DNA of 64,000 bases from an uncultured Chloroflexia bacterium (GCA_963814375.1 CAWFCQ010000004.1:224001-288000), one strand, 5' to 3'; positions 18,549 to 28,407 are shown, counted from the first letter of the stretch. Notes: generated from the sequence alone by a model not told the origin. Numbers and translations are program-made.

Positions 18549-19556
18549 CTAGCGACCGATGCGGCGGACGAGCCCAATCACTCCGAGCATGAGCCCGGCC
18601 AGCGCGACCCGCTTGCGCTCAGGGTGGAGCTCGAAGTGCGTCGTGAAGACGCTGCTCGACTTCGATCCGACGCCGAAGTCGCCGGTTGTCGAACCCGTAC
18701 CGGTGCTCGGGTCGAAGAGGTTGTCGCCGGCCTTGTCCGGACGCCGGGTCACCTGCTGCTTCCACGCTCGGCCGCCCTGGAGCATGTAGCCGTCGAGGAG
18801 CGTGGGGCTCAGCCACTGGACGACGGTGAGCAGCTTGCCCCAGCCGCCGACCACCACCTCGCGGCCGCCGTGCTCCGCGACGTGGCAGATTGCCTCGGCC
18901 ACCACGCGCGGCTCGTAGACCGGCGGCACCGGCACCGGCTCGACGCCGAGCTTCGAGCGCGCGGAACGGAAGAGCGGCGTATTCATGGACGACGGCATGA
19001 CGAGAACGACGTCGATGCCCGACCCGTCGGCCATCAGCTCCAGGCGCAGCGCCTCGCTGAACCCGGCAACCCCGTGCTTGCTCGCGACGTAGGCCGACTG
19101 GAGCGGGATGGCGCGGTCCGAGAGGGCGGAGCCGACGTTCACGATCGTCCCGCCCCCGGCCCGGCGGAGATGGGGGATCGCCGCCCGGGCGCCGTACATC
19201 TGGCCCAGCAGGTTGACCTGGATCAGCCGCTCCATCTCGTCCGGCTCGAGCCGCTCGGCCGGCGCGTAGATGCTCACCCCGGCGTTGTTGACCCAGGTGT
19301 CGATCCGGCCGAAGCGCTCGACCGCGCGTGCGGCCAGGCGATCGACCTGCTCCGCATCGGCGACGTCGGTAACGACGGCCTCGACCTCGCCGCCGATGCG
19401 CTCCACCTGCCGCGAGAGCTCCTCCAGGGCCTCCTGGTTTCGTGCGGCGACCACCACCGACGCGCCGCGCGTCGCGAGCTGGAGCGCCGTCTCGCGGCCG
19501 ATCCCCTGGGAGGCACCGGTGATGACGACGACCTGCTCCGCGATCGGCCTTCCCAT
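18549..19556 (-). CDS. SDR family oxidoreductase
   Basis: TGASQGIG, NNAG and YVASK motifs. Confidence 0.92.
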   Translation of the reverse strand: MGRPIAEQVVVITGASQGIGRETALQLATRGASVVVAARNQEALEELSRQVERIGGEVEAVVTDVADAEQVDRLAARAVERFGRIDTWVNNAGVSIYAPAERLEPDEMERLIQVNLLGQMYGARAAIPHLRRAGGGTIVNVGSALSDRAIPLQSAYVASKHGVAGFSEALRLELMADGSGIDVVLVMPSSMNTPLFRSARSKLGVEPVPVPPVYEPRVVAEAICHVAEHGGREVVVGGWGKLLTVVQWLSPTLLDGYMLQGGRAWKQQVTRRPDKAGDNLFDPSTGTGSTTGDFGVGSKSSSVFTTHFELHPERKRVALAGLMLGVIGLVRRIGR

Positions 19557-19558
19557 GA

Positions 19559-20011
19559 TCAGACGGGGCCGATCTCCTGGCCGACCTTCTTGAGCTCCAT
19601 CATGCGCGCGCCCAGCTGCTCGAGCTCGTCGGCCTCGAATGCCTGGCGCGCCTTCGGGAACATCTCACCCTCCTCCTCCTCGATGTGGTGCTCGATGTTC
19701 TCCTTCATGACCTTGAACTTGGCGCCCCACGTCTCGTCGGTGACGTCGGTGGCCTCGAGCTCGCCCATGATCTCGTCCACGACGTGATGCTCCTCGAACC
19801 CCTCGAGCACGATGTCGCGCGCCTTCGGGTGCGCCTTGAGCGCCGGGTAGAAGATCTCCTCCTCGATCCGCTCGTGGAGGACCATCTCCTCCTTCAGCTT
19901 CGCGAAGAGCTCGGTGCGCGTCTTCTCACCGCGCTCCGTGGTCGACTCGCCCTCGGCGAGCATCCTCTTGACCTTGGCATGGTCGTCCTTGAGCAGCGAA
20001 ATCGCGTCCAT
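19559..20011 (-). CDS. Hemerythrin/HHE domain protein
   Basis: DH, HERIEEEIFYP, EEH and HHIEEEE motifs. Confidence 0.92.
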   Translation of the reverse strand: MDAISLLKDDHAKVKRMLAEGESTTERGEKTRTELFAKLKEEMVLHERIEEEIFYPALKAHPKARDIVLEGFEEHHVVDEIMGELEATDVTDETWGAKFKVMKENIEHHIEEEEGEMFPKARQAFEADELEQLGARMMELKKVGQEIGPV

Positions 20012-20052
20012 CGGTCCTCCAACATTGCTGAAGATTTCTACGAGGGCCGATA

Positions 20053-20068
20053 CGCACGCCGCGTGCCG
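20053..20068 (-). promoter_or_regulatory. Candidate sigma54-type promoter
   Basis: CGGCAC-GCGGC-GTGCG upstream of the hemerythrin-SDR pair. Confidence 0.55.
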
Positions 20069-20077
20069 AGGCGGCGG

Positions 20078-20980
20078 TCACGCTGGGGACAGCAGCGCCA
20101 GGATCTCTTCCCGGGTCGGCATCCCGGCCCGCGCGCCAGCCGATGCGACCGACAGGGCACCTGCCGCGTTGGCCGCCGCGATCGCCTCCGGCAGAGCCGC
20201 GCCCGACGCCAGCCAGGCGGCGAGCACGCCGCAGAAGGTGTCGCCCGCGCCCGTCGTGTCGACGAGCTCGGCGGCAACGTGGCCGTGGAATCGCTCGCGC
20301 TGACCACCCTCGGCCAGCAGGGCGCCGGCGGCGCCCTGGGTGACCACGATCGGACCCCGGTGGCGGACGGTCAGCTCCTCGAGGGCGGCATCGGTGTCGT
20401 CGTTGCCGATGGCGACGATGAGCTCGTGCTCGTTCGGCGTGAGGATCGGCCCGAGCGCGAGGACTTCCGCCGGGAGCGCCCGGGCCGGCGCCGGGTTGAG
20501 GATGGCGAGCGTTCCTCCGTCGGCGGCGGCACGAAGTCCGGCCACGATGGCGTCGTTGGGGACCTCGTGGTTCGTGAGCAGGACGTCCGCCTCGCGGATG
20601 GCGCCGAGGTCGTCATCGGTGAGGGAGAGGAGGCTATTGGCACCCGGCGCGACGGCGATCTGGTTCTCGCCGCGCGGTCCGACCACGATCAGCGCGACGC
20701 CCGTCGGCTCTGCATCCAGCCGGCGGACGCGCCCGACATCGATGCCCTCCTCCTCGAGCGCGGCAACGCCGTGGTCACCGTGCTCGTCGGCTCCGACGGC
20801 GCCGATCATCGTGACGCCGGCTCCGGCGCGTGCCGCGGCGACTGCCTGGTTGGCGCCCTTTCCGCCGTGGTGGATGGCGAACCGACCGCCGAGCACCGTC
20901 TCGCCCGGCGCCGGCAGGCGGTCGGTCGTGACCACCAGATCCACGTTGATCGAGCCGATGACGACGACGCGAGACGACAT
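20078..20980 (-). CDS. rbsK: Ribokinase (PfkB family)
   Basis: GSINVD, GGKGANQA and DTTGAGD motifs. Confidence 0.9.
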   Translation of the reverse strand: MSSRVVVIGSINVDLVVTTDRLPAPGETVLGGRFAIHHGGKGANQAVAAARAGAGVTMIGAVGADEHGDHGVAALEEEGIDVGRVRRLDAEPTGVALIVVGPRGENQIAVAPGANSLLSLTDDDLGAIREADVLLTNHEVPNDAIVAGLRAAADGGTLAILNPAPARALPAEVLALGPILTPNEHELIVAIGNDDTDAALEELTVRHRGPIVVTQGAAGALLAEGGQRERFHGHVAAELVDTTGAGDTFCGVLAAWLASGAALPEAIAAANAAGALSVASAGARAGMPTREEILALLSPA

Positions 20981-21011
20981 GGCGCTGAGTATGCGCGTCC
21001 GCGTTCCGATG

Positions 21012-21611
21012 CTACGGCTGGAGCCGACGCGGGTGCCAGGAGCCGTCCGCGCCACGCCGATACTCGACCCGGTCGTGCAGCCGGTCCTGACGGCTCTCCC
21101 AAAACTCGACGTTCCGCGGGCTGATGAGGTAGCCGCCCCACGTCGGCGGCAGCGGGACGTCGTCAGGATGGCGATCCGCGATGGTTCTCACCAACGCCTC
21201 GAGCTCCTCGCGAGAGCCGATCTCCTGGCTCTGCGCCGATGCCATCGCCGACAGCTGGCTGCCTCGCGGCCGTGAGCGCCAGTAGGCGAGCGACTCCTCC
21301 TCGCCGAGCAGCCTGATCGGCCCGCTGACCCGTGCCTGCCGATCCAGCGCCGGCCACCAGAACGCGGCGGCGGCCCATGGGTTCACGGCCAGCTCGCGCC
21401 CCTTGCGGCTGGCGCGGTTGGTGTAGAAGCGGAGCCCCTCGCCATCGAGGCCGTGGGCGAGGACGAAGCGCACCGAGGGCACACCATCGGCATCGGCGGT
21501 CGCCAGCGCGAAGGCATTCGGGAGGGCGACCCCGGCGTCGGTGGCTTCCTCGATCCAGCGTCCCAGCTGGCGCACGGGGTCGGCGTCGAGGGTGGCGGGA
21601 TCGATCGGCAT
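21012..21611 (-). CDS. pdxH: Pyridoxamine 5'-phosphate oxidase
   Basis: FYTN..SRKG, RPRGSQ and EFW..RLHDR motifs. Confidence 0.92.
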   Translation of the reverse strand: MPIDPATLDADPVRQLGRWIEEATDAGVALPNAFALATADADGVPSVRFVLAHGLDGEGLRFYTNRASRKGRELAVNPWAAAAFWWPALDRQARVSGPIRLLGEEESLAYWRSRPRGSQLSAMASAQSQEIGSREELEALVRTIADRHPDDVPLPPTWGGYLISPRNVEFWESRQDRLHDRVEYRRGADGSWHPRRLQP

Positions 21612-21613
21612 GG

Positions 21614-22816
21614 TCAGGCTGGGACGAGCAGCGCGGGGAGAGCGGTGGCCAGCCGCTCGATGTCGTCGCGGGACACGTACGGCGCGGCGCTGACGCGGAT
21701 GAGCCGCCGCCACCGGGCGTCCTCCGAGCCGGGCGGCCACGAGCTCACCGCCACCTGGATGCCGGCCTCGATGAGCGCGGCGTGGACGGAGTCCGCGTAC
21801 GTGCTGGTCGGACGAACGTCGGCGGCCGCCCACGGCAGCGGGACCGAGACCATCGCGCCGATCATGATGTCGGGCGCCGGAGGCGGCTCCCCGAGCCGAT
21901 TGCACAGAAGATCCCGCGCCTCGATCGCCAGCCGATGCCCGCGGTCCCGCAGCGCTGGCCATCCTCCCGCGACGAGGCCATCGCCGAAGGCGATCGCATC
22001 GGGGATGGCGAGCCACGGGCTGGGGTCGTATGTGCCGGTCCAGTCGTGCTCGAGGCGGAATCGGCTGCGATCGGTGCGTGGCGAGTTCGCGCCGTGGCTG
22101 ATCGAGAGCGGCCGGATGCGGTCCTGGCGGTCGCGCCGGACGTGGAGGAAGGCGCTTCCCTTGGGCGTGAACATCCACTTGTGGCAGTTGGCGGCGGTAT
22201 ACGCGGCGCCGATGGCATCGAGATCGAGGTCGATCATCCCCGGCGCGTGAGCGCCGTCGACCAGCGTGTCGATCCCGCGCTCATCGAGCGCCGCAACGAT
22301 CTCGCGCACCGGCAGGACGAGCGCGGTCGGGCTGGTGACGTGGTCGACCATCACGATTCGGGTGCGCTCGCTGGTCGCCGCGAGAACCGCGTTCAGCGCC
22401 GCCTCGGGCGTCGCGCCGGGGTAGGGGAGCGCTGCGGTCACGACGCGCGCACCGGCAGCGACGGCGGCCGCCTCCATGGCGTTTCGGGCGGCGTTGTAGG
22501 CGTGGTCGAGCACGACCACCTCGTCACCTGCCGCGAGACGGAGCGAGCGGGCCACGGAGTTGATGGCCGCCGTCGCGTTCGGGACGAGAGCGAGGTCGTC
22601 CGGATCGGCGCCGACGAATCGGCCCAGCTCCTCGCGTACCTCGTCGAGCGCAGGCTCGAGGTCGCGCGCGAAGAAGGCCACCGGCTCGCGTTCCATCCGC
22701 TCACGCCATCGGTCCTGCGCCGCGAGGACCGCGCGCGGCGTCGCGCCGAACGAGCCATGGTTGAGGAAGGTGACCGCCGGGTCGAGCGACCAGTGGGCGG
22801 CGAGCTCGGAGGGCAT
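21614..22816 (-). CDS. Class V PLP enzyme (isopenicillin-N epimerase/EgtE-like)
   Basis: FLNHGSFG, VDGAHAPG and NCHKW motifs. Confidence 0.88.
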   Translation of the reverse strand: MPSELAAHWSLDPAVTFLNHGSFGATPRAVLAAQDRWRERMEREPVAFFARDLEPALDEVREELGRFVGADPDDLALVPNATAAINSVARSLRLAAGDEVVVLDHAYNAARNAMEAAAVAAGARVVTAALPYPGATPEAALNAVLAATSERTRIVMVDHVTSPTALVLPVREIVAALDERGIDTLVDGAHAPGMIDLDLDAIGAAYTAANCHKWMFTPKGSAFLHVRRDRQDRIRPLSISHGANSPRTDRSRFRLEHDWTGTYDPSPWLAIPDAIAFGDGLVAGGWPALRDRGHRLAIEARDLLCNRLGEPPPAPDIMIGAMVSVPLPWAAADVRPTSTYADSVHAALIEAGIQVAVSSWPPGSEDARWRRLIRVSAAPYVSRDDIERLATALPALLVPA

Positions 22817-22837
22817 CGGGTCGGTATCGTACGACCC

Positions 22838-23500
22838 ATGCCATCTGTGCCGCGCCCCGCAGCGATCGTGTTCGACCTCGACGGGACCCTGGTGGACACG
22901 GTCGATGCGCGCATCGCCGGCTGGGAGGAGGTCTTCGCGCAGGACGGCATCCCGGTGACCCGCGAGCAGCTGAAGCCGATGATCGGCATGGATGGCCGCC
23001 GGCTGGCGATCGCTGCCGCGGCGTCGGTGGGGGTTCAGGTCGACGAGGACGACGCGGCCGAGATCGACCGCCGGGCGGGCGCGCTGTTCGACCGCCACAA
23101 CCGCGACCCACGGCCGCTCAGCGGCGCTCGCTCCGCGCTGGCGCGCCTCGACGCCGCCGGCGTGACGTGGGCGATCGCCACCTCCTCGCGCGCGGAGCAG
23201 GTGACGGCGTCGCTTGCGGCGCTGGACCTCGCGACGTCGCCTCGCATCGTCGACGGCAGCTCGGTGGCGAACGCGAAGCCCGAGCCGGACCTGCTGCTCA
23301 AGGCAGCCGAGGAGCTCGGGGTGGCACCTGCCGGCTGCTGGTACGTGGGCGACTCGACGTGGGACATGCTGGCGGCGGTCGCCGCAGGGATGCATCCGGT
23401 TGCCGTGCTCGCCGGCGCCGCCGTTGACCGCGAGGCGCTGGAGGAAGCCGGGGCTGCCGTCGTCCTCGACACCCTCGACCAGCTCGAGATCGGGCGCTGA
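22838..23500 (+). CDS. HAD family hydrolase
   Basis: FDLDGTLVDT, KPEPD and VGDSTWD motifs. Confidence 0.9.
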   Translation: MPSVPRPAAIVFDLDGTLVDTVDARIAGWEEVFAQDGIPVTREQLKPMIGMDGRRLAIAAAASVGVQVDEDDAAEIDRRAGALFDRHNRDPRPLSGARSALARLDAAGVTWAIATSSRAEQVTASLAALDLATSPRIVDGSSVANAKPEPDLLLKAAEELGVAPAGCWYVGDSTWDMLAAVAAGMHPVAVLAGAAVDREALEEAGAAVVLDTLDQLEIGR

Positions 23501-23504
23501 TCCG

Positions 23505-26093
23505 ATGCCGCTGGAGGAGTATCGGCGCAAGCGCGACTTCGAGGTCACGCCGGAGCCGGCGCCCGGCGATGTCGTGGCGCGCAGCGGGCGCTTCACCGTC
23601 CAGCGCCACCGCGCCACCGCGCTGCACTACGACTTCCGCCTCGAGATCGATGGCGTGCTCGTCAGCTGGGCCGTTCCGAAGGGACCGACCCTCGACTCAC
23701 GCGCCCGGCGCCTGGCGATGCGGACCGAGGATCACCCAATCGAGTACCTCCCATTCGAGGGCGTGATCCCGGCCAAGGAGTACGGCGGCGGTGACGTCAT
23801 CGTCTGGGACTGGGGCATCTTCGAGCCCGAGGACGAGACCCCTGACCCGGCCAAGGGTCTGCGCCGGGGCGAGATAAAGTTCATCCTCCACGGCGAGCGG
23901 CTCCACGGCCGCTACACGATCATCCGCACCGACTCCGACGACGGCCGCGAGCGCTGGCTGCTGCTGAAGAAGAAGGACGAGGCCGCGATCGAGGGCTGGG
24001 ATGCCGAGGACCACCCGGCCAGCGCCAAGACGGGCCGCACGAACGACGAGGTGCGCGATGGTGTCGCGCCGCGCTTCACCGCCGATCCGCCGCGAGCGCC
24101 CGGCGAGATCGATCTTGCCGCCGCGCGGGAGGCGCCGATGCCGGACTTCATCCCGCCGATGCGGGCGACCCTCGCCACCGATCCGTTCGACGATCCCGAC
24201 TGGGTGTTCGAGGTGAAGTGGGATGGATACCGGGTCGAGGCCGTGGTGCGCGACGGCGCGGCGAAGCTCTGGACGCGCAATCGCCAGGATGCCGCACGCT
24301 ACTTCCCCGAGCTGGCGGGGGAGACATCCTGGATCGCCGCCAAGCAGGCGATCGTGGACGGCGAGGTGGTTGCCCTCGACGAGCAGGGCCGCCCGCGATT
24401 CAGCCTGCTCCAGGACCGGACCGGCATCCATACCGGCCGAGTGCCGGGGACAAACCGACGGGGACCGCCGGCGCCGGTCGTGTACCAGGCCTTCGACCTG
24501 CTCCACCTCGACGGCCGCTCGCTGCTCGGGGTCCCGCTCGAGGAGCGGAAGCGCCTCCTCCGCAGTGTCCTTCGTCCGCACCCACGAGTGAAGTACGCCG
24601 GCCACATCGAGGCGAATGGGACCGATGTATTCCGCGCCGCCCGCGATCAGGAGCTCGAGGGCATCGTGGCCAAGCTCAAGCGCTCCCCATATGAGCCAGA
24701 CCGGCGGAGCCGGTCGTGGCTCAAGCTCAAGGCCAGGCGTGAGCAGGAGGTCGTCGTCGTCGGCTGGCTGCCGGGCCAGGGGACGCACACCGACATCGGC
24801 TCGCTCATCGTCGCCGTGCGCTCCGGCGAGCGGTGGGCGCACGCCGGCCAGGTCGGCAGCGGGATCAACACGAGGACCCGGCGCGAGCTCCATCGGCAGC
24901 TGGAGGAGATGGAACGGCCCGACCCGCCGCTCGATCCCGCGCCGCGGCTCAAGGGAGCGCGCTGGGTCGAGCCGCGGCTCGTCGCGCGCGTCGAGTTCGC
25001 GGATTGGACGGCGGAGAATCTCCTGCGCCAGGCCGCCTTCAAGGGGATCGAGGCCGGCCGTGACCCGCGCACCGTCCGGCGCGAGCGTGCGGTGGCCACC
25101 TCGCGAGCCACTGCGGAGGCAGAACGGACCCATACTGAACGGCCGATGCGAGCAGCCGATGACGCCGTCGCCGCGCTCGATGCCCTGGAGCGCGAGGGCA
25201 CGTGGAACGTGGATGGTCGGGAGATCCGCGTCACGAACCTCGACAAGGTGCTGTTCACGCCGGTCGAAGGCGGAACGCCGGTGACGAAGCGCGACCTGCT
25301 CCGCTATCACGTGCAGGTGGCACCCACGCTCGTGCCGTACCTGGCCGGCCACGGGCTGACGGTCCAGCGCTACCCCAACGGGATCGAGTCGAAGGGGTTC
25401 TGGCAGAAGGACCTGCCGAAGCACGCCCCCGACTGGATCGAGCGCTGGACGTACCACCACCGGGAGGAGGGGCCGAAGGACTACGTCGTCGTCGACTCGG
25501 CCGCGACCCTGGCGTGGCTGGCGCAGGAGGCGGCGATCGAGCTCCATCCCTGGACCAGCACGACCGATGCACCCGACCGGCCCAGCTACGCCCTGATCGA
25601 CATCGATCCCGGGCCGGAGACGGCCTGGGAGGAGGTCGTCACGCTGGCGCGCCTGTATCGGACCGCGCTCGGCCATCTCGGGGTCGCCGGCCATCCCAAG
25701 GTCACCGGCAAGCGCGGCATCCAGGTCTGGATCGGCATCGAGCGCGGGCCCACCTTCCATGAGACGAGCGCGTGGGTGGAGGGCCTCTCACGAGCGGTCG
25801 GCAGCACGGTCCCGGACCTCGTCAGCTGGGAGTGGGCGAAGCGCGCGCGCAAGGGCAAGGCCCGGCTCGACTACACCCAGAACGCGATCAACAAGACCCT
25901 CGTCGCGCCGTACAGCACCCGTCCGGCTCCCGGCGCCCCGGTCAGCATGCCGTTCGCGTGGGACGAGCTCGACGACCCCGCCCTCCGCCCGGATCGCTGG
26001 ACGATCGCCGATGCCATCGAGCGGATTCGGGAGGCCGGTGACCCGTTCGCGCCGGTCCTCACTGATCGCCAGCCGTTGCCACCGCTCGGCTGA
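23505..26093 (+). CDS. ligD: NHEJ DNA ligase D (phosphoesterase-ligase-polymerase)
   Basis: 'HYDFRLE..SWAVPKGP', 'EVKWDGYR', 'EGIVAK', 'TNLDKVL', 'DIDP'. Confidence 0.95.
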   Translation: MPLEEYRRKRDFEVTPEPAPGDVVARSGRFTVQRHRATALHYDFRLEIDGVLVSWAVPKGPTLDSRARRLAMRTEDHPIEYLPFEGVIPAKEYGGGDVIVWDWGIFEPEDETPDPAKGLRRGEIKFILHGERLHGRYTIIRTDSDDGRERWLLLKKKDEAAIEGWDAEDHPASAKTGRTNDEVRDGVAPRFTADPPRAPGEIDLAAAREAPMPDFIPPMRATLATDPFDDPDWVFEVKWDGYRVEAVVRDGAAKLWTRNRQDAARYFPELAGETSWIAAKQAIVDGEVVALDEQGRPRFSLLQDRTGIHTGRVPGTNRRGPPAPVVYQAFDLLHLDGRSLLGVPLEERKRLLRSVLRPHPRVKYAGHIEANGTDVFRAARDQELEGIVAKLKRSPYEPDRRSRSWLKLKARREQEVVVVGWLPGQGTHTDIGSLIVAVRSGERWAHAGQVGSGINTRTRRELHRQLEEMERPDPPLDPAPRLKGARWVEPRLVARVEFADWTAENLLRQAAFKGIEAGRDPRTVRRERAVATSRATAEAERTHTERPMRAADDAVAALDALEREGTWNVDGREIRVTNLDKVLFTPVEGGTPVTKRDLLRYHVQVAPTLVPYLAGHGLTVQRYPNGIESKGFWQKDLPKHAPDWIERWTYHHREEGPKDYVVVDSAATLAWLAQEAAIELHPWTSTTDAPDRPSYALIDIDPGPETAWEEVVTLARLYRTALGHLGVAGHPKVTGKRGIQVWIGIERGPTFHETSAWVEGLSRAVGSTVPDLVSWEWAKRARKGKARLDYTQNAINKTLVAPYSTRPAPGAPVSMPFAWDELDDPALRPDRWTIADAIERIREAGDPFAPVLTDRQPLPPLG

Positions 26094-26118
26094 GCCGATG
26101 TCGGCTACCATGGGCACG

Positions 26119-26703
26119 ATGATTGAGCAGCTCCTGAGCGTGACCCCCGAAGCACGCGAGAAGATCGACAGCGTCCGCACCTTCAACGACTTCCCCGAGG
26201 CGGTGCTGCGCGTTCGCGTTCTTGCCCGCGAGGGACCGAGATTCCGCTACGAGATCGCCCTCGAGGATCCGCGCGAGCGAACCGAGGACGACCTCGCTGT
26301 CGAGCTGGACGGGCTCGGCCTCGTGGTCGATCCCAGCAGCGCCGCGGATCTCGCCGGCGCCACGATCGACCTGGATCCGGCCGTCACCGGCGGCGGGCTC
26401 CGCATCGACAATCCCAACGAGGGTTGGCAGGACCCGCTCGCGAAGGCGGTGCAGGAGGTCCTCGACCGCCAGATCAACCCCGGCGTCGGATCACACGGCG
26501 GGATGGTCTCGCTCGTGGAGGTGAAGGAAGGCACCGCCTACCTGCGCTTCGGCGGCGGCTGCCAGGGGTGCGCGGCGGTGGACGTCACCCTCAAGCAGGG
26601 CGTCGAGACCGCCATCAGGGCGGCGGTCCCGGCCATCTCGGCGATCGTGGACGCCACCGACCACGACGCGGGCGCCAACCCGTACTACAAGCACGCGCAC
26701 TGA
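26119..26703 (+). CDS. nfuA: NfuA-like Fe-S carrier
   Basis: Degenerate A-type N-domain plus 'INP..HGG..GGCQGC..TDH..NPYY'. Confidence 0.88.
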   Translation: MIEQLLSVTPEAREKIDSVRTFNDFPEAVLRVRVLAREGPRFRYEIALEDPRERTEDDLAVELDGLGLVVDPSSAADLAGATIDLDPAVTGGGLRIDNPNEGWQDPLAKAVQEVLDRQINPGVGSHGGMVSLVEVKEGTAYLRFGGGCQGCAAVDVTLKQGVETAIRAAVPAISAIVDATDHDAGANPYYKHAH

Positions 26704-26726
26704 CTGAGACGCCCACGGCGGGCAAC

Positions 26727-26760
26727 AAAAACGGGGCCCTTCGGGGCCCCGTTTCGCTTT
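26727..26760. terminator. Bidirectional intrinsic terminator
   Basis: AAACGGGGCCC-TTCG-GGGCCCCGTTT perfect 11-bp stem between convergent nfuA and peptide genes. Confidence 0.9.
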
Positions 26761-26762
26761 GC

Positions 26763-26888
26763 CTAGCGGCGAAGCGGGAAGTCGCCCCCGCCCGTTGCCG
26801 CCAACACGGTCGAGGCGAGGGTGAGGATGCTCAGGGCCGCCGCCGAGCCGGCAACCACGAGCGATCGAAGGATTCGACGTGTGCGCAT
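26763..26888 (-). CDS. 41-aa secreted pre-peptide, candidate signalling pheromone
   Basis: TAAGGAG RBS; MRTRRILRSLVVAGSAAALSILTLASTVLA|ATGGGDFPLRR; own terminator. Confidence 0.8.
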   Translation of the reverse strand: MRTRRILRSLVVAGSAAALSILTLASTVLAATGGGDFPLRR

Positions 26889-27014
26889 CGGTCCTGTGCT
26901 CCTTAGATGGTGCGGCCGAAGGCTTGGTCGGGGAGTGGCCGCGCTCGTGCGCAACCCTCCCCCCGATGGGACCAACCGGCAATGACCCGGGAGTCCCGCC
27001 ACCGATGCAGTGGG

Positions 27015-27069
27015 GTGGTACTTTCGGTCTGGGCCCTTGTCAAGTCATGCTTGCCAAGACGTGTAGACT
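27015..27069. promoter_or_regulatory. Divergent promoters and candidate operator
   Basis: Minus strand TTGACA-N17-TACCAC; plus strand TAGACT 6 nt before ATG 27076; CTTGTCAAG-N5-CTTGCCAAG. Confidence 0.6.
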
Positions 27070-27075
27070 GCCGCC

Positions 27076-28374
27076 ATGCCCAGAACCAGGACCGGCGCCC
27101 GCGCCCCCGAAAAGGACCGCGAGCTTGCGCGGCGGATCGGCCTCCGTATCCGCGAAGCCCGTCATCGCGCCGGCATGACCCAGCAGCAGCTCGCCGGCGA
27201 GCGCTACACAAAGGCATACGTGAGCGCCCTCGAGACGGGGATCGCCCGGCCCTCGATGGTCGCTCTCAGCTTCCTCTGCGAGCGCCTCGGCCTGCCGGCC
27301 AGCCACTTTATCGACGAGGCCAATCCGGTGTGGACGCGGCTCGAGGTCGACATGCGCCTCGCCGCCGGCGACTGGCAGACGGCAGCCGACGGCTACGAGA
27401 GCCTTCTCGCCGACGCGTCCGACGACTCGATGCGCGCCGACCTGCTCCGCGGCCTGGCCGAGGCATCGGCGCGTCTCGACCGCGGCACCGAGGCGATCGC
27501 GGCCGCTTCGGAGGCGACGCGCATCTACGCAGCCGCCGGGCGTGAGGCCGATGCCGCGCTGGCGCGCTACTGGATGGCATACGGCCTCTATCAGTCCGAC
27601 AACGAGCTCGATGCCCGCAGCGTCCTGACGGCGCTGCTCGAGCAGGTGCGTGGCGGGCTCCACGTCGAGCCGGACTTCGAGATGCGGCTTCTCACCTCGC
27701 TGGCGGCGGTCGAGTCGCGAGCCGGGCAGCCGTCGCGGGCGCTCACATACCTGGAGGAGGCGCGAGGGCTGGCCGCCGACCTCGACGACCGGCGGCGGGC
27801 CGCATTCCTCTTCAACCTGGCCATCAACTACCGCGAGGTCGGCGACTTCGAGGCGGCCATCCGGGCCGGCACGCAGGGCATGGCGCTCTATCGAGCTGCG
27901 GGCGCGATCTTCGAGTCAGCTCGGATCGAGAACGACCTGGCCCTGGCCTACCTCGCCACCGGGCAGATCGAGCGCGCGCGCGAGCTGGCCTCCGACGCGC
28001 GCCACCAGATTGAAGAAACCGGCGACGAGCGTTGGATGGCCGCAGTGGTCGACACCGAGGCACAGGTCGCCCTTGCCAGCGGGGACGTGGACGAGGCGCT
28101 GCGCCTGGCCAGCGTGGCGCGCGGCCACGCGGCCCGCAGCGGCAACGAGTTCAACGGGCTGATGGCGATGCTGACCGAGGCTCGCGCCCTGCGTGTCGGT
28201 GGCCGCAACGCCGAGGCCGAGGAGCGCTTCGCGGAGGCCGCCACGATCGCCCGAGCCAGCCGAGCACCAAGCCGGCTCCGCGAGGTCCTGCGGGAGTGGG
28301 CCGACCTTCGCGCCGAGTCAGGTGATCACCGCGGCGCCTACGAGCTCTCGAGCGAGGCGCTCGCGGTCAATTGA
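27076..28374 (+). CDS. XRE-HTH + TPR transcriptional regulator (RRNPP-like)
   Basis: 'IGLRIREAR..MTQQQLA..AYVSALETG..RPS' HTH followed by TPR-like helices (FNLAINY, ENDLALAY). Confidence 0.85.
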   Translation: MPRTRTGARAPEKDRELARRIGLRIREARHRAGMTQQQLAGERYTKAYVSALETGIARPSMVALSFLCERLGLPASHFIDEANPVWTRLEVDMRLAAGDWQTAADGYESLLADASDDSMRADLLRGLAEASARLDRGTEAIAAASEATRIYAAAGREADAALARYWMAYGLYQSDNELDARSVLTALLEQVRGGLHVEPDFEMRLLTSLAAVESRAGQPSRALTYLEEARGLAADLDDRRRAAFLFNLAINYREVGDFEAAIRAGTQGMALYRAAGAIFESARIENDLALAYLATGQIERARELASDARHQIEETGDERWMAAVVDTEAQVALASGDVDEALRLASVARGHAARSGNEFNGLMAMLTEARALRVGGRNAEAEERFAEAATIARASRAPSRLREVLREWADLRAESGDHRGAYELSSEALAVN

Positions 28375-28377
28375 GTG

Positions 28378-28407
28378 TTGACAGGTGCGGTCGGGGGACC
28401 GTACGCT
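28378..28407 (+). promoter_or_regulatory. Sigma70-type promoter for putative sRNA
   Basis: TTGACA-N18-TACGCT with no credible ORF downstream. Confidence 0.7.

Noticed and set aside
10980-20000. Prophage or integrative element at tRNA-Val
   Set aside because: I found no integrase, phage genes or att duplication of the tRNA 3' end by eye.
26110-26118. ATGGGCACG at the nfuA 5' end, identical to the sRNA loop motif
   Set aside because: A single 9-mer match is plausible by chance in 64 kb of GC-rich DNA, and it overlaps the -10 box.
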